This document shows, piece by piece, positions 25,548 to 38,739 of a DNA stretch of 64,000 bases. The stretch's first letter is position 1, and the number at the start of each line of letters is the position of its first letter. Origin of the DNA: Octopus sinensis (Eukaryota). Both the position numbers and the translations under genes were made by a program. The notes under the pieces were generated by a model. That model was not told where the DNA came from, ran no database searches, and worked only from the letters and a program-made list of their open reading frames with translations. The stretch lies in the NCBI RefSeq assembly GCF_006345805.1, contig NC_043012.1, positions 14,818,001 through 14,882,000 on the forward strand, written 5' to 3'.

Positions 25548-25684
25548 TGTATGTATATACGTATGTATATACATATATATATATGTATGTATATCATCAT
25601 CATCATCATCGTCGTTTAAAGAAAAAGGATCTTTTCGGTTTGAACAACAGTTTTTTCTAGCGGTGTCATATGAAATTCTCACCC

Positions 25685-25975
25685 TGATAGCCTGGGTTTC
25701 CGAAGCCCACAGCTCTTCAATATCCTCCCGAAGAACCTGAGAGACCTGCATGGGGTGGACGCAGATGTCTTTAAAATGAAACTGGATCTCTTCTTGTCAG
25801 GTGTCCCAGATGAACCAACTTCATGGCAGGAGGTGCAGATGAGGGCAGCTGCATCGAACTCTCTCATGCACCAAATGGCAATTGCTAAAAAGCACTCGTG
25901 AAGTAAAATCATGTAGCAACACCAAATGGCAGTGCCCCAGCATGGCCACAGCTTGTGAGCTGAAACTAGATAAAA
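25685..25975 (+). mobile_element. CR1-like LINE 3' end
   Basis: [37 protein letters not shown]..., then a cagcatggccacag..ctgaaa tail. Confidence 0.7.
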
Positions 25976-25979
25976 ATAT

Positions 25980-26064
<85 letters not shown>

Positions 26065-26282
26065 GTATAATATATATGTATGTATATATATATGTATGTA
26101 TATATATATGTATGTATATATATATGTATATATATATATATGTATGTATATATATATGTATGTATATATGTATGTATGTATATATGTATGTATGTATATA
26201 TGTATGTATGTATATATGTATGCATGTATGTATATATGTATGTATGTATATATGTATGTATGTATGTATGTATATATATATG

Positions 26283-26318
<36 letters not shown>

Positions 26319-26334
26319 TATGTATATATATATG

Positions 26335-26365
<31 letters not shown>

Positions 26366-26605
26366 GTATATATGTATGTATGTATATATATATATGTATA
26401 TATATATATATGTATGTATATATATATATTATGTATGTATATATATATATGTATGTATAATATATATATGTATATTATATATGTATGTATGTATATATGT
26501 ATATATGTATGTATATATGTATGTATATATATATATATATATATAATATATATATATATATATAGTATGTATGTATGTATGTATGTATGTAATATGTATA
26601 TATAT

Positions 26606-26652
<47 letters not shown>

Positions 26653-26810
26653 ATATGCATGTACGTATATATGTATGCATATATATATATATGTATGTAT
26701 ATATGTATATATATATATATGTATGTATATATGTATGTATATATATGTATATATATATATATATGTTTGTATGTATGTATATATGTATGTATATATATAT
26801 GTATGTATGT

Positions 26811-26844
<34 letters not shown>

Positions 26845-26975
26845 GTATATATGTATATATGTATGTATATATGTATATAGGTATGTATGTATGTATATAT
26901 GTATGTATATATATATATGTATGTATATATGTATGTATATATATATGTATGTATATATGTATGTATATATATATG

Positions 26976-27013
<38 letters not shown>
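25972..27013. repeat. ~1-kb TA/TATG compound microsatellite
   Basis: Almost exclusively TA and TG dinucleotides. Confidence 0.95.
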
Positions 27014-27016
<3 letters not shown>

Positions 27017-27948
27017 GGGGTGGTTACTCTCCTTCTTTCACTTTCCTTTTTATTTCCTCTCTTATCTAGCCTCTTTTCTTCCCTCTCCTTCCTCTCCTCT
27101 TCTCTCTCATCTTCCTCCTTTGTTTAATCTCCTCCCTCATTTCATAAGATTTTTTTCTTTCGTTTTCTTTTCATTCCCTTCTTCCTCTCTTTCCTTCGTT
27201 TTCTTTCTCCCTTTGATTTTGTTTTTTTTTATTCTTCTCATTCTTTTACTCAGATGCGACGTCCGTCAAGTGCCATTTGCAAACATTGGATAATTTATTA
27301 TTTTTTTTATATATATTTTCTTTTATGTCCACACTGAAACCTACCAAAGTGTTAGTCGCAAGTAGCACATTCACACATGGATACGACGCACAAATACTAC
27401 ATAAGTACTGAGGTATACTTTCTCGTGAACAATGCTGGCTCACTGAGCTGCATACATAGACAAATAATTATATATTCATATATATTGTGTGTACAATTGT
27501 GTGTGTGTGTGGGGATACATAAGAAGACAAAAGCAAAACGCTTTGCTATGAAGGACATTTCGTATTAACTATGAAATGTAGTCGTATTTATTGGAAGCTG
27601 CTGAAAACTTTATTAATCGTTCCATTAAGTTGCAGCTTTCCAGTCTTGGAACAAGATGTATGAATCGAGGAGGCGGAAGAAGAAATACGAAAGGGAATAA
27701 TGACAGAGCGAGTCTAGAAATGGGTGAAGGGAGTTTCAGCGAAAGCGTGGAAAATCCTAAAAAAAAATCTAGGACGGGTACGTTTTTCGCTCGTAGCCAT
27801 GGAAGGGATTAGGAGGAAGACGAATGAGAGATACGAGTGGGAGGGAGGTGCTGGAATATGATGTCAGATGCATAGTTCTTGGAGCTGTGGGCGAGAGAGG
27901 GGAGCAGTTGATTAAAGTATTATAGGTGGTAACAGGTAACCTAGAAGG

Positions 27949-28370
27949 AAGGCGGCGAAGAGATGGCAGAAATGTCAGCATGCAAGGCGGAATGCGGAGC
28001 CGTATTTTGTCTGCCATTACGTTCTGAGTTCAAATTCTGCCGAGGTCGACTTTGCCTTTCATCCTTTCAGGGTCGATTAAATAAGTACCAGTTACGCACT
28101 GGGGTCGATATAATCGACTTAATCCGTGTGTCTGTCCCTGTTTGTCCTCCCTGTGTTTAGCCCCTTGTGGGTAGTAAAGAAATAGGTATTCGCCTGCCAT
28201 TACGTTGTGAGTTCAAATTCCGCCGAGGTCGACTTTGCCTTTCATCCTTTCGGGGTTGATAAATAAAATACCAGTTACTCACTGGGGTCGATGTAATCGA
28301 CTTAATACCTATGTCTCTCCTTGTTCGTCCCCTCTATGTTTAGCCCCTTGCGGGTAATAAAGAGATAGGT
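27949..28370 (+). mobile_element. Head-to-tail dimer of SINE family B within one 23-bp TSD
   Basis: ggtaacaggtaacctagaaggaa at 27928-27950 and 28368-28390; second monomer starts at the internal ggtatt. Confidence 0.85.
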
Positions 28371-28894
28371 AACAGGTAACCTAGAAGGAATGAGATAAAC
28401 ACAAGGGTAGGTGGCGTATGGTAACCCGTGGCCTAAAGGAGAAACAGTGATGGCTAGTTGTACAGAAGGGTGAAGCTATAGTTAATTTGATAGGCAGATA
28501 AGGGTGGTCTAATGCAATCTTTTATACATAGAATTATGAAGTGTGAATGAGTTAGGGTGATGAAGCGGAATAACAAAGATGCTGTGGTCAGCACAGGTGT
28601 TAGATGAGGGACAAAGTGCTGTACGTGAAAAGGATAGACAATACATGAAAGAGAGAGATGAGAGATGGAGCAAGGTGAGACAGAAGAGCAGATTGTGGGT
28701 TTGGCTGAGTACATAAAAATATTTCAGCCTCTTTCAAATCAAAAAGTTACTATTTTTAAATCTCACAACGAGAGATGTACTTTGGAGTAAAGATTATTTG
28801 CCAACATAACATGGCAGTCCTGGTTTAGGACGAATGTTGTTGTAGTTTAGCCCCAGGAGTCATCGTCTCCAGCTGGCTATACATCTCCTCGATG

Positions 28895-29790
28895 CACAGG
28901 TGGATAGTGTTGGCTCGACTGATAGGACGGGAAATCCTGGCCTCAAGGGTCTATTAGAGAGCTATAATTTAGTAGACCATTACAAACTGGATGAGCTGAG
29001 CATTCCACAGTGGACATGGAGTAATAACGACAGCTCACGCAGATGTTACAGAGATAGGGTTTTTGTTAGAGATAGAAATAAGGATACCTTTAGCTGTCCA
29101 CAATTTTGTATTGTACCTTACAGGGATCAAAATTTGTAACGTGTGAAGTACATATAGATAAATGTCATAGACAGGGACCCGGGTACTGGAAAATGAACCA
29201 GTCTATTTTGATTTGTGAAGCCTTCCGTACCTAGATTAAGGTGTTAGTACAGAGGGCACTATGTGGCGCCATCATTAATAATAGATGGTGGCATGTCCTC
29301 AAGAGAGCCATTCGTTTAGAGTCTATTAGATTTAGCAGTCAGCTAAGTTTAGATAGATCTAGAATAGAAAGGGAATTAGTTAAGAATTAAGACGAGGTTA
29401 TAGAAAGAGTGCTGGTGGCGAGAATGGTCTTGTACCATCACCTCAAAGTCAAGCACGAAGGCTGCAGTGTTAGAGCTAAGCTACGTGCAGTGGGTCAAGA
29501 AGGTATTAACGTTGCTGTATAGGCCCGTTGTGTGGTGTGTCAGAGGGGCAAACAAGCCTCTATAAAGTTTTTAACTGACGAGCAAGGGCACAAGATCTAT
29601 GGACAGGAAATGATGCAAAAGGCCTTTCACCAGAATTTCGCCTGTTGTTCGGAGAGAGTGACATGCTTAAGCTTGGGGAGCCCTTAAAGGACTTCCTAGC
29701 TGGTGAACCGTGACTCTCGGCACGAGAGGCAGATTGCCGTGAAGGACCGATTACTCCTGCGGAGGTAAAAGAGGTGTTGGTCGAGTGTGC
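28895..29790 (+). mobile_element. Decayed Tx1/L1 LINE ORF2, endonuclease and linker
   Basis: PQWTWSNN..RCYRDRVFVR, GPGYWKMNQSIL, RWWHVLKRAIR. Confidence 0.7.
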
Positions 29791-30179
29791 CAGTCATATA
29801 TATACAACTTGAACAGACACATATTAGTACATAAACATACGTTCACATGAACATACACATGTACATACACACAGACACGTCTACACACTTACCTAAATAC
29901 TCACATACATAAGTACATACGTACATACTTACATATATACATACACACATACATGCACCTAGGCATGCACACATGCATACACACATACATGTACACACAC
30001 ATACATACACACACACATAGATACATACATACATACGTACTTATATATCATGAATTAACTATTACTTTCCCAGATGCAGCACAGAATTTTGTTAGTGAAC
30101 AGGTCGCGGTCTCAAAGTGACGAAAATATTTTCGCAAATTAAATTTAAATTTAAATTATAAAAAAACACCATCCGAGCG

Positions 30180-30402
30180 TGGCCATTCGCCAGCCACGTC
30201 TGGCACCTGTGTCAGTGGCACATAAAATCACCCACTACACTCTCGGAGTGGTTGGCGTTAGGAAGGGCATCCAGCTGTAGAAACACTGCCAGATCTGACT
30301 GGCCTGGTGCAGCCTTCGGGCTCCCCAGACCCCAGTTGCACCGTCCAACCCATGCTAGCATGGAAAGCGGACGTTAAACGATGATGATGATGATGATGAT
30401 GT
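30180..30402 (+). mobile_element. (GAT)n-tailed retroposon
   Basis: ggcgttaggaagggcatccagctgtagaaac..gacgttaaac(gat)n. Confidence 0.8.
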
Positions 30403-30648
30403 TGAAGTGAATCTAACGGTTTTTGTGTGTTTCTTAAATGGCTTATAAACACCTTCCATGCTGCAATTGTTGTTATCTAAAACTGTCTTCTAAAAAATTA
30501 TCCACTACTTTTGCACCACACTGATTCATACGTACATACATACATACAGAGAGAGAGAGAAAGGGAAAGCTATGTCTATAAAATAAGTATATATATGTGT
30601 ATAGATATATATATGTATCTATCTATCTATCTAATATGTATGTATGTA

Positions 30649-31225
30649 TGAGTTCTGATCAATAAGTATCCGGACTGTTGCCATAGTAACGAAGCTAAAG
30701 CACACAGAGTGAAGCTGTTTGGCACAGATTGACCTTGAACTAAAATTCTAGCCCACTTCTGCTGTTTACAGCAATGCTTGGAAGGAAGGTGTGTAACGTG
30801 TGATCATCGTATTGACCATGACAGAGAAAGTTGTCATGGCAACACCTGCTCAGGGACCTACGCAAAGTTGCAGAAAGCTTATGAAGAGCAGTGTATGAGC
30901 TACACAGAAGTGTATGAGTGGTTCAGACGTTTCCAAGATGGCTGCAAAAATGTTGATAGTAATGAACGTTCTAGGAGACCTGCAGCCAGTAGAACTGAGA
31001 AAAACATCGCAGATGTGTATGTGGCTGTGAGGGAAAAATCATTGAATCACCATCCATGAGTAACCAGAAGATGTGAAGATTAGTTACGGTTCAGTCCATT
31101 AAGATTTGGGTATGAAACATGTGTCTGCCAAGTTTGTGCCAAAACTAATTTTAGGTGACTAAAAAGACACTCGGATTTCAGTGGCACAAAATCTCCTTTG
31201 ATTCTGTCGAGAACGATGAAAGCTG
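30649..31225 (+). mobile_element. Truncated mariner transposon (5' TIR and HTH region)
   Basis: TA-tgagttctgatcaataagtatccggact TIR; LQKAYEEQCMSYTEVYEWFRRFQDG..ERSRRP. Confidence 0.8.
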
Positions 31226-32388
31226 TTAACTTTTTCATCTTGGTTGTAGTTTTTCTCATTTGAGAAAACCCAAATCAAATCTTCTTCTGCTGGATTTTTC
31301 AGTTTTAGAGCTGAGGTAGTCATTTTCTTTTGCTTTTTCTGACAAATTGACTTTCCTTATCATATAAGACTTATATATTATTTCTTTATTGCCCACAAGG
31401 GGCTAAACATAGAGGGGACAAACAAGGACAGACAAAGGAATTAAGTCGATTACATCGACCCCAGTGCGCAACTGATGTTTTCATGGACAACATTTCTGAC
31501 TATTCCTTGTAACACATTGAGATCTTTTGTAGTTGACCTCATGGATTTTCTGGGATTGAAATCAATGGTCTGTTGAACTTACTGGATAAATACAGGTGTT
31601 CTGATGATTTCAGAGCCTTTAGAATGCTTTTAATGTTTTGATACTAGTGATATCTTTCCATCTTCAGTCTCTAGCTCCTTACAAACTTTGTAGACGAAAG
31701 ATCTAACAACTTTTAAAAATTGAGATATTTCTTAATGACTATGCTCAGCCTTTATAACCACAATAACAGCATACCTCTTCATTTCTTGAGTAAGCTGAGG
31801 GTCTGCCATTATTATTTTCTGAAACAAAGAGTATATAGAGGTAGCAAAAAATGCAGCAACGGTCCAAAAAAAGGTATGTCCTGAAATACCTTAGGCACCC
31901 TGTATATATATATATTTTTCTTTGATTATTTTACTTGTTTTAATTATATATGTATTTAGATATATCATGTAATGTTTGTAAATAAACTTCACCATCATAA
32001 AAGCAAGGTGTTATTGTCCAGTCTTCCATGAAAAACATGTTTGGCCATGGAGAAATATTAACTTCCTTGGAAATAGGTGAGGGTTGGTGTCAGGAAGGGC
32101 ATCCAGCTATATAGAAAATTTGTCTCAAATTCCATCCAACTGACCCACATGGAAAAGTTGTCATTAAATGATGGTGATGATATGTATTTACATATCATAC
32201 CATCATGATGATATTCACCTGTTGACATCATCATCATCTACAACAGCAACAACATTGATCACTGCTACTGCTCTCTCCTACTACTACTACTCGACCTCAA
32301 GCATCACCAGCTTCCGTCATCCAATGGCACCCACAGCAGCATATCGGTTGAGAAGATAGCCTCCTCTTCCAGTCGCCAGCTAGAGATT

Positions 32389-32426
32389 TTACTACTACTA
32401 CTACTACTAACAACATCACCACCACC

Positions 32427-32497
<71 letters not shown>

Positions 32498-32506
32498 CAC
32501 TACTAC
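32389..32506. repeat. (CTA)n/(CAC)n trinucleotide array
   Basis: Direct inspection. Confidence 0.9.
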
Positions 32507-32556
32507 GTAACTCTTTTTTTCACTTACTGGCAACTTTAAACTGATTGTATTTTCAG

Positions 32557-32631
32557 ATCATGGAAAAGACAGATCAGAAATCACCAAAAGTTACTGAATG
32601 CAACAAAGATATGAACAGTGCAGAAGCCAAG
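32557..32631 (+). CDS. Candidate 75-nt exon (IMEKTDQKSPKVTECNKDMNSAEAK)
   Basis: ctgattgtattttcag acceptor and AAG|GTAAGC donor; open in phase 0; contains an ATG, so it could be internal or a first coding exon. Confidence 0.55.
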
Positions 32632-32951
32632 GTAAGCTGTGTACATTTTTGCCTATTATTATTATTATGTTTTGGGTATCAAAGGCAGTGGAGCTGGTAG
32701 ATTCATTACTGACACAAAAGGCTTGGTGGCATATCTTCTTGCTCTTGATGTTCTGAGTTCAAATGCCGCAGAGCTTGATTTTGCCTTTCATCCTTTTGGC
32801 TTTTGTGGGTATAAAAATGTGTTGAATCAGATTTAGGGAGACTCTTAAAGTTCTGGGTTGGATGTTAAGAGGGTTGATGAATGAGCAACAGGCTTATCCT
32901 TATAGCTACAAAATTAATTTCATTGATTATTTCAGTAATGATGTTTAATGT

Positions 32952-33135
32952 AGGAGTGGCTGTGTGGTAAGTAGCTTGCTTACCAACCACATGGTTCCGG
33001 GTTCAGTCCCACTGCGTGGCACCTTGGGCAAGTGTCTTCTACTATAGCCTCAGGCCGACCAAAGCCTTGTGAGTGGATTTGGTGGACAGAAACTGAAAGA
33101 AGCCAGTCATATATATGTATATATATATATACATA

Positions 33136-33180
<45 letters not shown>

Positions 33181-33402
33181 GTGTGTGTATATGTTTGTGT
33201 GTCTGTGTTTGTCCCCCCAACATCGCTTGACAACCAATGCTGGTGCATTTATGTTCCTGTAACTTAGCAGTTTGGCAAAAGAGACTGATAGAATAAGTAT
33301 TAGGCTTACAAAGAATAAGTCCTAGGGTCGATTTGTTCGACTAAAGGTGGTGCTCCAGCATGGCCACAGTCAAATGACTGAAACAAGTAAAAGAGTAAAG
33401 AG
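32952..33402 (+). mobile_element. tRNA-derived SINE family A, near full length
   Basis: ggagtggctgtgtggtaag..ggttcagtccc head, internal TA/TG microsatellite, gaaacaagtaaaagagtaaaga tail. Confidence 0.9.
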
Positions 33403-33599
33403 TATATACCAAATAAAAACATAGAATTGGTATTTTCTGTAAGTTGTGTATCTATGTGGTAAGAAGTTTGCTTAGCAACTACATATTTCCAGGTTCAGTC
33501 CTACTATGTGGCATCTTGGGCAAAGTTTTTGTTGTAATCCAATATCAGACTGTTATAAAATCCACTCCAGTATAGCAGTATAGTTAGACGATTAAAGAT

Positions 33600-34865
33600 A
33601 CGGCCATCTATGACCAACTTCACTGACTCCCAACAACTTGACTTCCTATGTCACTATATTTGTAATGACTATCACATACCACTCATGTGGGAGGGGTGTT
33701 CCATTATTATTATTATTATCCCCATAACATCTCCCCTTTTAAATTTTTTTCTCAGGGAGTGTAATTTTATTTCTTTTTTAGTAGTGGACGGTGATCTCTT
33801 TTTTTAGACAGAAACTTCTTTCATGCATAACTCTATGGAATATTTTTTTACATCGATTATAATTGCTAACACTTCCTTTTCTATTCAGCTGCTGTCCCTT
33901 TCTGCTAGTAATAATGGTCATGATGCATAGGCCATCATCATATTTGTGCCGAAGCACTGCTCCTACATTGTAATCACTTGCATCTGTAGCCAATATAATA
34001 TCCAGCTTCAGATCAAAATACGTTAACGATAAGTTCGATGTTAAAATGTTTTTTAATTTGTCAAATGCCTTCTGGCACTTACTTCTCAGTCCAGCACCAT
34101 TTTGTATTTTTCTTTAAAAAATCATTTAGTGGGTCCCTTACATTGTGTATGTTGGGAATATACAATTGGTAGTAATTTACTAATCCCCAAAATGCTTGTA
34201 GCATAGTCTCATTATTCGATGTGGGCATATTTTCTTTTACCAAAGTTGCTCTGGATGGATTTGGTTTCTGTCTGTTTTTATCTATTATTTGGCCCAAATA
34301 TTTCATTTTTTCAGAAAGAACTTGCTTTTTTCTTCACTCAGCTCAAAGCCATATTCTCTTATGTCTTTGAATACCCTTTTTAAGTGTTCTACATGTTGTT
34401 CCTGTGATTTGCTTTTTATTAGGATTTCATCTAAATAGGCAACAGCAAAATCACAGTCACCCATCCATTACTTGTTGAAAAAAATGGAAGGAGCCCCTTT
34501 TAAACAGAAGGGAAGCTGCTTAAATTTAAATAAACCACTTTGTGTATTAATAAGTGTGAGCTTTCATCTTCTACTTGAATTTGAAAGTATGCCTCTGAGA
34601 AGTTTAATTTTGAGAAGAATTTCTCTCCATTCAATTTTGAGAAAAACTTCCTCAAGACTTGACAGTGGGTGGTCATGTGACCTCAAGCAGTCATTTAAAC
34701 TCGTTGAAAAATCTGCTCAAACTCCTGTAGACCATAGGTGCTGCCCAATCTCAGTGGTCCATCTTCTCGATTATTTCTAGGCTTTCAAGTCTTCCAGGTT
34801 CCTTATTTACCTGTTCTAGCTCTGCAAACAGTACATTACATTTTGACTTAAATACAAGTGCTACC
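33600..34865 (-). mobile_element. Decayed Ty3/gypsy pol (RT-RNase H)
   Basis: WAAPMVY, DFSTSLNDCL, INTQSGLFKF..LPF, MKYLGQII, LQAFWGLVNYY, ATDASDYNVGAVL. Confidence 0.85.
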
Positions 34866-35224
34866 TGGAGCCCACAAAATGGTGGCACAGCTGGAAGTCG
34901 ATAACAAAGGGAGATAATTTCCAATTATTACCTTTGAGTAGTGAGGCATTTCCCTCCCCCTCCATATTTCTAAGAGGTCATGGACCAACAGGTTTTTGGG
35001 ATCAAACGATACGCCATAAAGCTGAACCCTTTATGGACGGGAAACCTAGGGTAATCCCATAAATTGGCCTTCCCCATTTTTAACATATATATATTTGTAT
35101 ACATGTATGTATGCATGTATGTATGTATATGCTACAGGTTGACAAATTCAAAAGAAGCTATGTCCAATGACTTAGAATAAATAAGAAATAAATCTGAGAG
35201 TAATTTTTTCTTTTTACTTTTTAA

Positions 35225-35263
<39 letters not shown>

Positions 35264-35453
35264 GTATGTGTGTGAAATCAATTTCTCGTCTCAGCAAGTG
35301 GCAAGTGAACTTACGAGAAAGTGTCTATGTATTTGTATGACATGAAGTGGTGTTGGGAGAGAAAGAGGGAGGGGGCGTCGAGGAGAAAAAGTTTGATCAC
35401 AAGAGATGAAAGGCTTTTCGGATATTTTTATGCAATTGTTTATGCGAACGTAC

Positions 35454-35509
<56 letters not shown>

Positions 35510-35589
35510 AGAGAGTGTGTGTGTGTGTGGAGGGGACCGTGCATTATTGAAGACGATGATATATATATATCGATAATCATATGATTCCA

Positions 35590-36490
35590 TCAACATGCGC
35601 TATCACTTGGATGACGGACTCTTCAGCCTCGCACGTCTCCGCGCAAAGACGAGAACCTCTGCCATCTCGGTCCGTGAAACGCAGTATGCCGACGGCAATA
35701 CCACCCTGAGCCTGACCGTAGATGACCTACAAAGGACGGCCGATCTTTACAATGCGGCTTACGAACGCTTCGGGATGCAGGTAAACATATTAACGAGCAA
35801 GATCCTGATCCAACTTGCACCAACCAGAGCAGTCCACCTACGAACATTAGCACCAACGGCCAACCCCTAGAAGTTGAACACTTCTCATACCTTGGGAGTA
35901 TTCTTTCGAAGACACCTACATATGAAAAGTACGCGGAGAACCGGATCAGAGCGGCCCACTCCGTCTTCGTAGACTCAACTCTTCTCTACGCTCGTGAGAC
36001 TTGAATGCTGTACTGCCGTAACTTCAAGAGCTTTGAATGTTTCCAGCAACCCAAGCTACGACCGATCCACAATATTCGATGGGAAGAACACATTATCAAC
36101 AACGCGGTTCTTCGCCGCGCCTCACTACCAAGCGTCGAAGCCACCATTCTTTGCCATCGTCTCCGCTGAGTAACTCACGTCCAGCGTATGGAGCCCTCTC
36201 GTCTCCGAGGACCATGTTCTACAGAGAACTTGCAATCGGAACAAGACCCAGAGGAGGCCCGAAATTCCGTTTTAAAGACCAGCTCAAACGGACCCTGGCT
36301 CAACTAACATCCAGCCATCCTCATGGGAACAGATTGCTATGGATAGGACAGCTTGGAGGACTGCCATCCGCAATGGAGCCAGCTCCTTCGAGCAGAACAG
36401 ACAACAGAATGAGGAGACTGGATAGAAACTAACGAACCCAATGCTCGCAGACGAGCTGGAGCCAACGATATGATATGTGAAGAAGAAGAA
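35590..36490 (+). mobile_element. 5'-truncated RTE (BovB-like) LINE
   Basis: GLFSLARLRAKT..QYADG, EHFSYLGS, FYRELAIGTRPRGGPKFRFKDQLK; (GAA)n tail. Confidence 0.85.
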
Positions 36491-36499
36491 AAAAAATAA

Positions 36500-37390
36500 T
36501 AAGGGCATAACTACAGAAACGTGCCCTCCCGAATTTGTTTGCTTATAACCCACCCTAAAATGGATTTTTTGAATGCTATTTTTTTGTTTAACAAATATAC
36601 TTCAGATGGTGCAGATTCCGATTATATTGGAATTTGTTGCGAACTTTTTTCCCCAAAGGTTGGGAGACGAGGTCTGAAACTTCACAAAAGCCAGTTTTGT
36701 TCCTTCATAACTTTCAGAAAAATGGATATTTTTTTTAATGAAATTTTCTACAAAGACATTTCAGATGTTCATTACGACTAAATCGAAATTTAATATGGAA
36801 AAGAGAGAAGAAAAAAATAGTGGGTTCGCACACTAGTGTAGCTAGAGTGTGTACGGCCCGAGGCGGCCCTTCCGTTTGCTGTCCCCGGACCCCACAATGC
36901 ACACATATTGCCTACAGCAGACCCCTTTAAAAGTGCCGCCGGGGAGGACCGCCTCAGCCCTCTCCACCTAACTACGCTAGTCGGTTCCTATACATACATC
37001 CTGACACATCATCCTTGTTCTCATTATTTCAAGTTTCTTTTTTGTGATGTGTCAATATGTATGTGGGCAAGTCTACCAGTTTTTCCTATTGCATACTCAA
37101 TTCCGATATAACCGTAATATAACAGAACACCATCTGAAATGTATTAATAGAAAATTTCATTAAAAAATATCCATTTACGAAGAAACAAAGTCAATTCAAG
37201 TGAATTTTCCGAAACTCCTCTCCCCATGCTCGGAAAAAAAACCAAAAAACTTTTTCACAACAAATCCTGATATAATCGGAACTTCACCAGCTGGAGCATA
37301 TTCGTAGAAAATTCCGTAAAAAAATATCCATTTTTCAGGAGGTTATGAGGAAACAAATTCGGAGTGGGTGGCACAATTGTATAGACAATG
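36500..37390. mobile_element. Foldback-like element with long modular imperfect TIRs
   Basis: 36500-36790 is the degenerate reverse complement of 37100-37390; each arm has two units of aaaatggatatttttt..gaaattttctac..cagatggtg. Confidence 0.6.
36832..36981. mobile_element. Harbinger-like GC-rich MITE inside the foldback element
   Basis: Ends actagtgtagctag / ctaactacgctagt; internal inverted gaggcgg/ccgcctc and ccccgg/ccgggg. Confidence 0.5.
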
Positions 37391-37534
37391 TATGTTTACG
37401 TGTGACTGTAATAATAGGGGTGGGATAGGGGTGGGAGAGAAGAGATTGGAAATGCGTATTTTATAACTTGAGAGAAAACATGTGATATGTGACAATTTTT
37501 GTGTGCGGAGATTACACACACACACACACACACA

Positions 37535-37565
<31 letters not shown>

Positions 37566-37899
37566 TGTGTGTTAAAGAGAAAATGAGAAAAAAGTAGAGA
37601 GAAAGTGGGAGGAGCATAGGATAAAGAGCGAAGTAAAATAAATGAATGGCTGGGTTGCGGGGTGTGAAAGAAAGTAACCCCTGCCTTACACCCGTCCCTC
37701 AAACAAGGTCCACACACTGACTCAACAAATCCAAACTAATATTGTAATTTTTGAAATATATATTTAAATTCAGACTTCTTGGTAATTATTGTACGAGAAA
37801 CAATTTTTTTCTCTCACTCAAATAAAGTCAGACAAACAGAAAAGAAAGAACAAAAACTCACGAAAGAAAAGAAGAGAAAAGAAAAAGTTAACGAAACCT

Positions 37900-38140
37900 A
37901 TTTGTTGATGTGATTGATTTGTTGTTTTTGGCTTCTTTTCCGGTTTGGTTCACTTCCGTTGTGCCTAGTCCGGGTGGGTCCTAAATAAAACCTCAACAGC
38001 GTCACTTTGCCGTGTGTGTGTGTCAGTGTTGTGAGGCCGGCGGCAGCACTTTTGCCTTTCATGCTCTGACACCAACTTGTTGGGCCGAGTGACATGAAGA
38101 ATTTAATCAAAAAACGGAGCAATAGTAATCTTCAGGGACA
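37900..38140 (+). promoter_or_regulatory. CpG-enriched promoter/5'UTR of right gene with ETS-type motifs
   Basis: Local CpG enrichment; CACTTCCG at 37951 and TTTTCCGG at ~37936; followed by ATGs and a G|GTCAGT donor at 38187. Confidence 0.55.
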
Positions 38141-38515
38141 ATGGAATCGCTATCCTCGGACTTCAAACTCGGTTCAGGAATGTTTGGTCAGTAGAAACAA
38201 GCAAACAACATCTCTTTTTTTGCTTCTTTTTTCTTTTATTTACTTTTTTTCTTCCCAAATACTTTTAATGCTTTTTTTTTTTTTTGCTTGATGTCGGGGA
38301 AAGTTTTTTTCTTACGTTTTTGCAGTATTTTTGAGTGTATATAAAATCCGTGTGTATATGTAATTATGTGTGAGCGTATATTTGCGTATAAATATGTATA
38401 TATATATTTGTATATATATGTGTGTGTATATGTGTGTATATATATTTGTATGTATATGTGTGTATATATATATTTGTATGTATATATTTGTATATATATA
38501 TGTGTGTGGTATATA

Positions 38516-38546
<31 letters not shown>

Positions 38547-38672
38547 ATATATGTGTGTGTGTATATGTGTGTGTGTATATGTGTGTGTGTGTATATGTGT
38601 GTGTATATATGTGTGTGTGTATATATGTGTGTGTGTATATGTGTGTGTGTGTATATGTGTGTGTGTGTTATA

Positions 38673-38739
<67 letters not shown>

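Noticed and set aside
36825-36840. CTAGT read as a Helitron 3' end
   Set aside because: Better explained as the left TIR of the 150-bp Harbinger-like MITE
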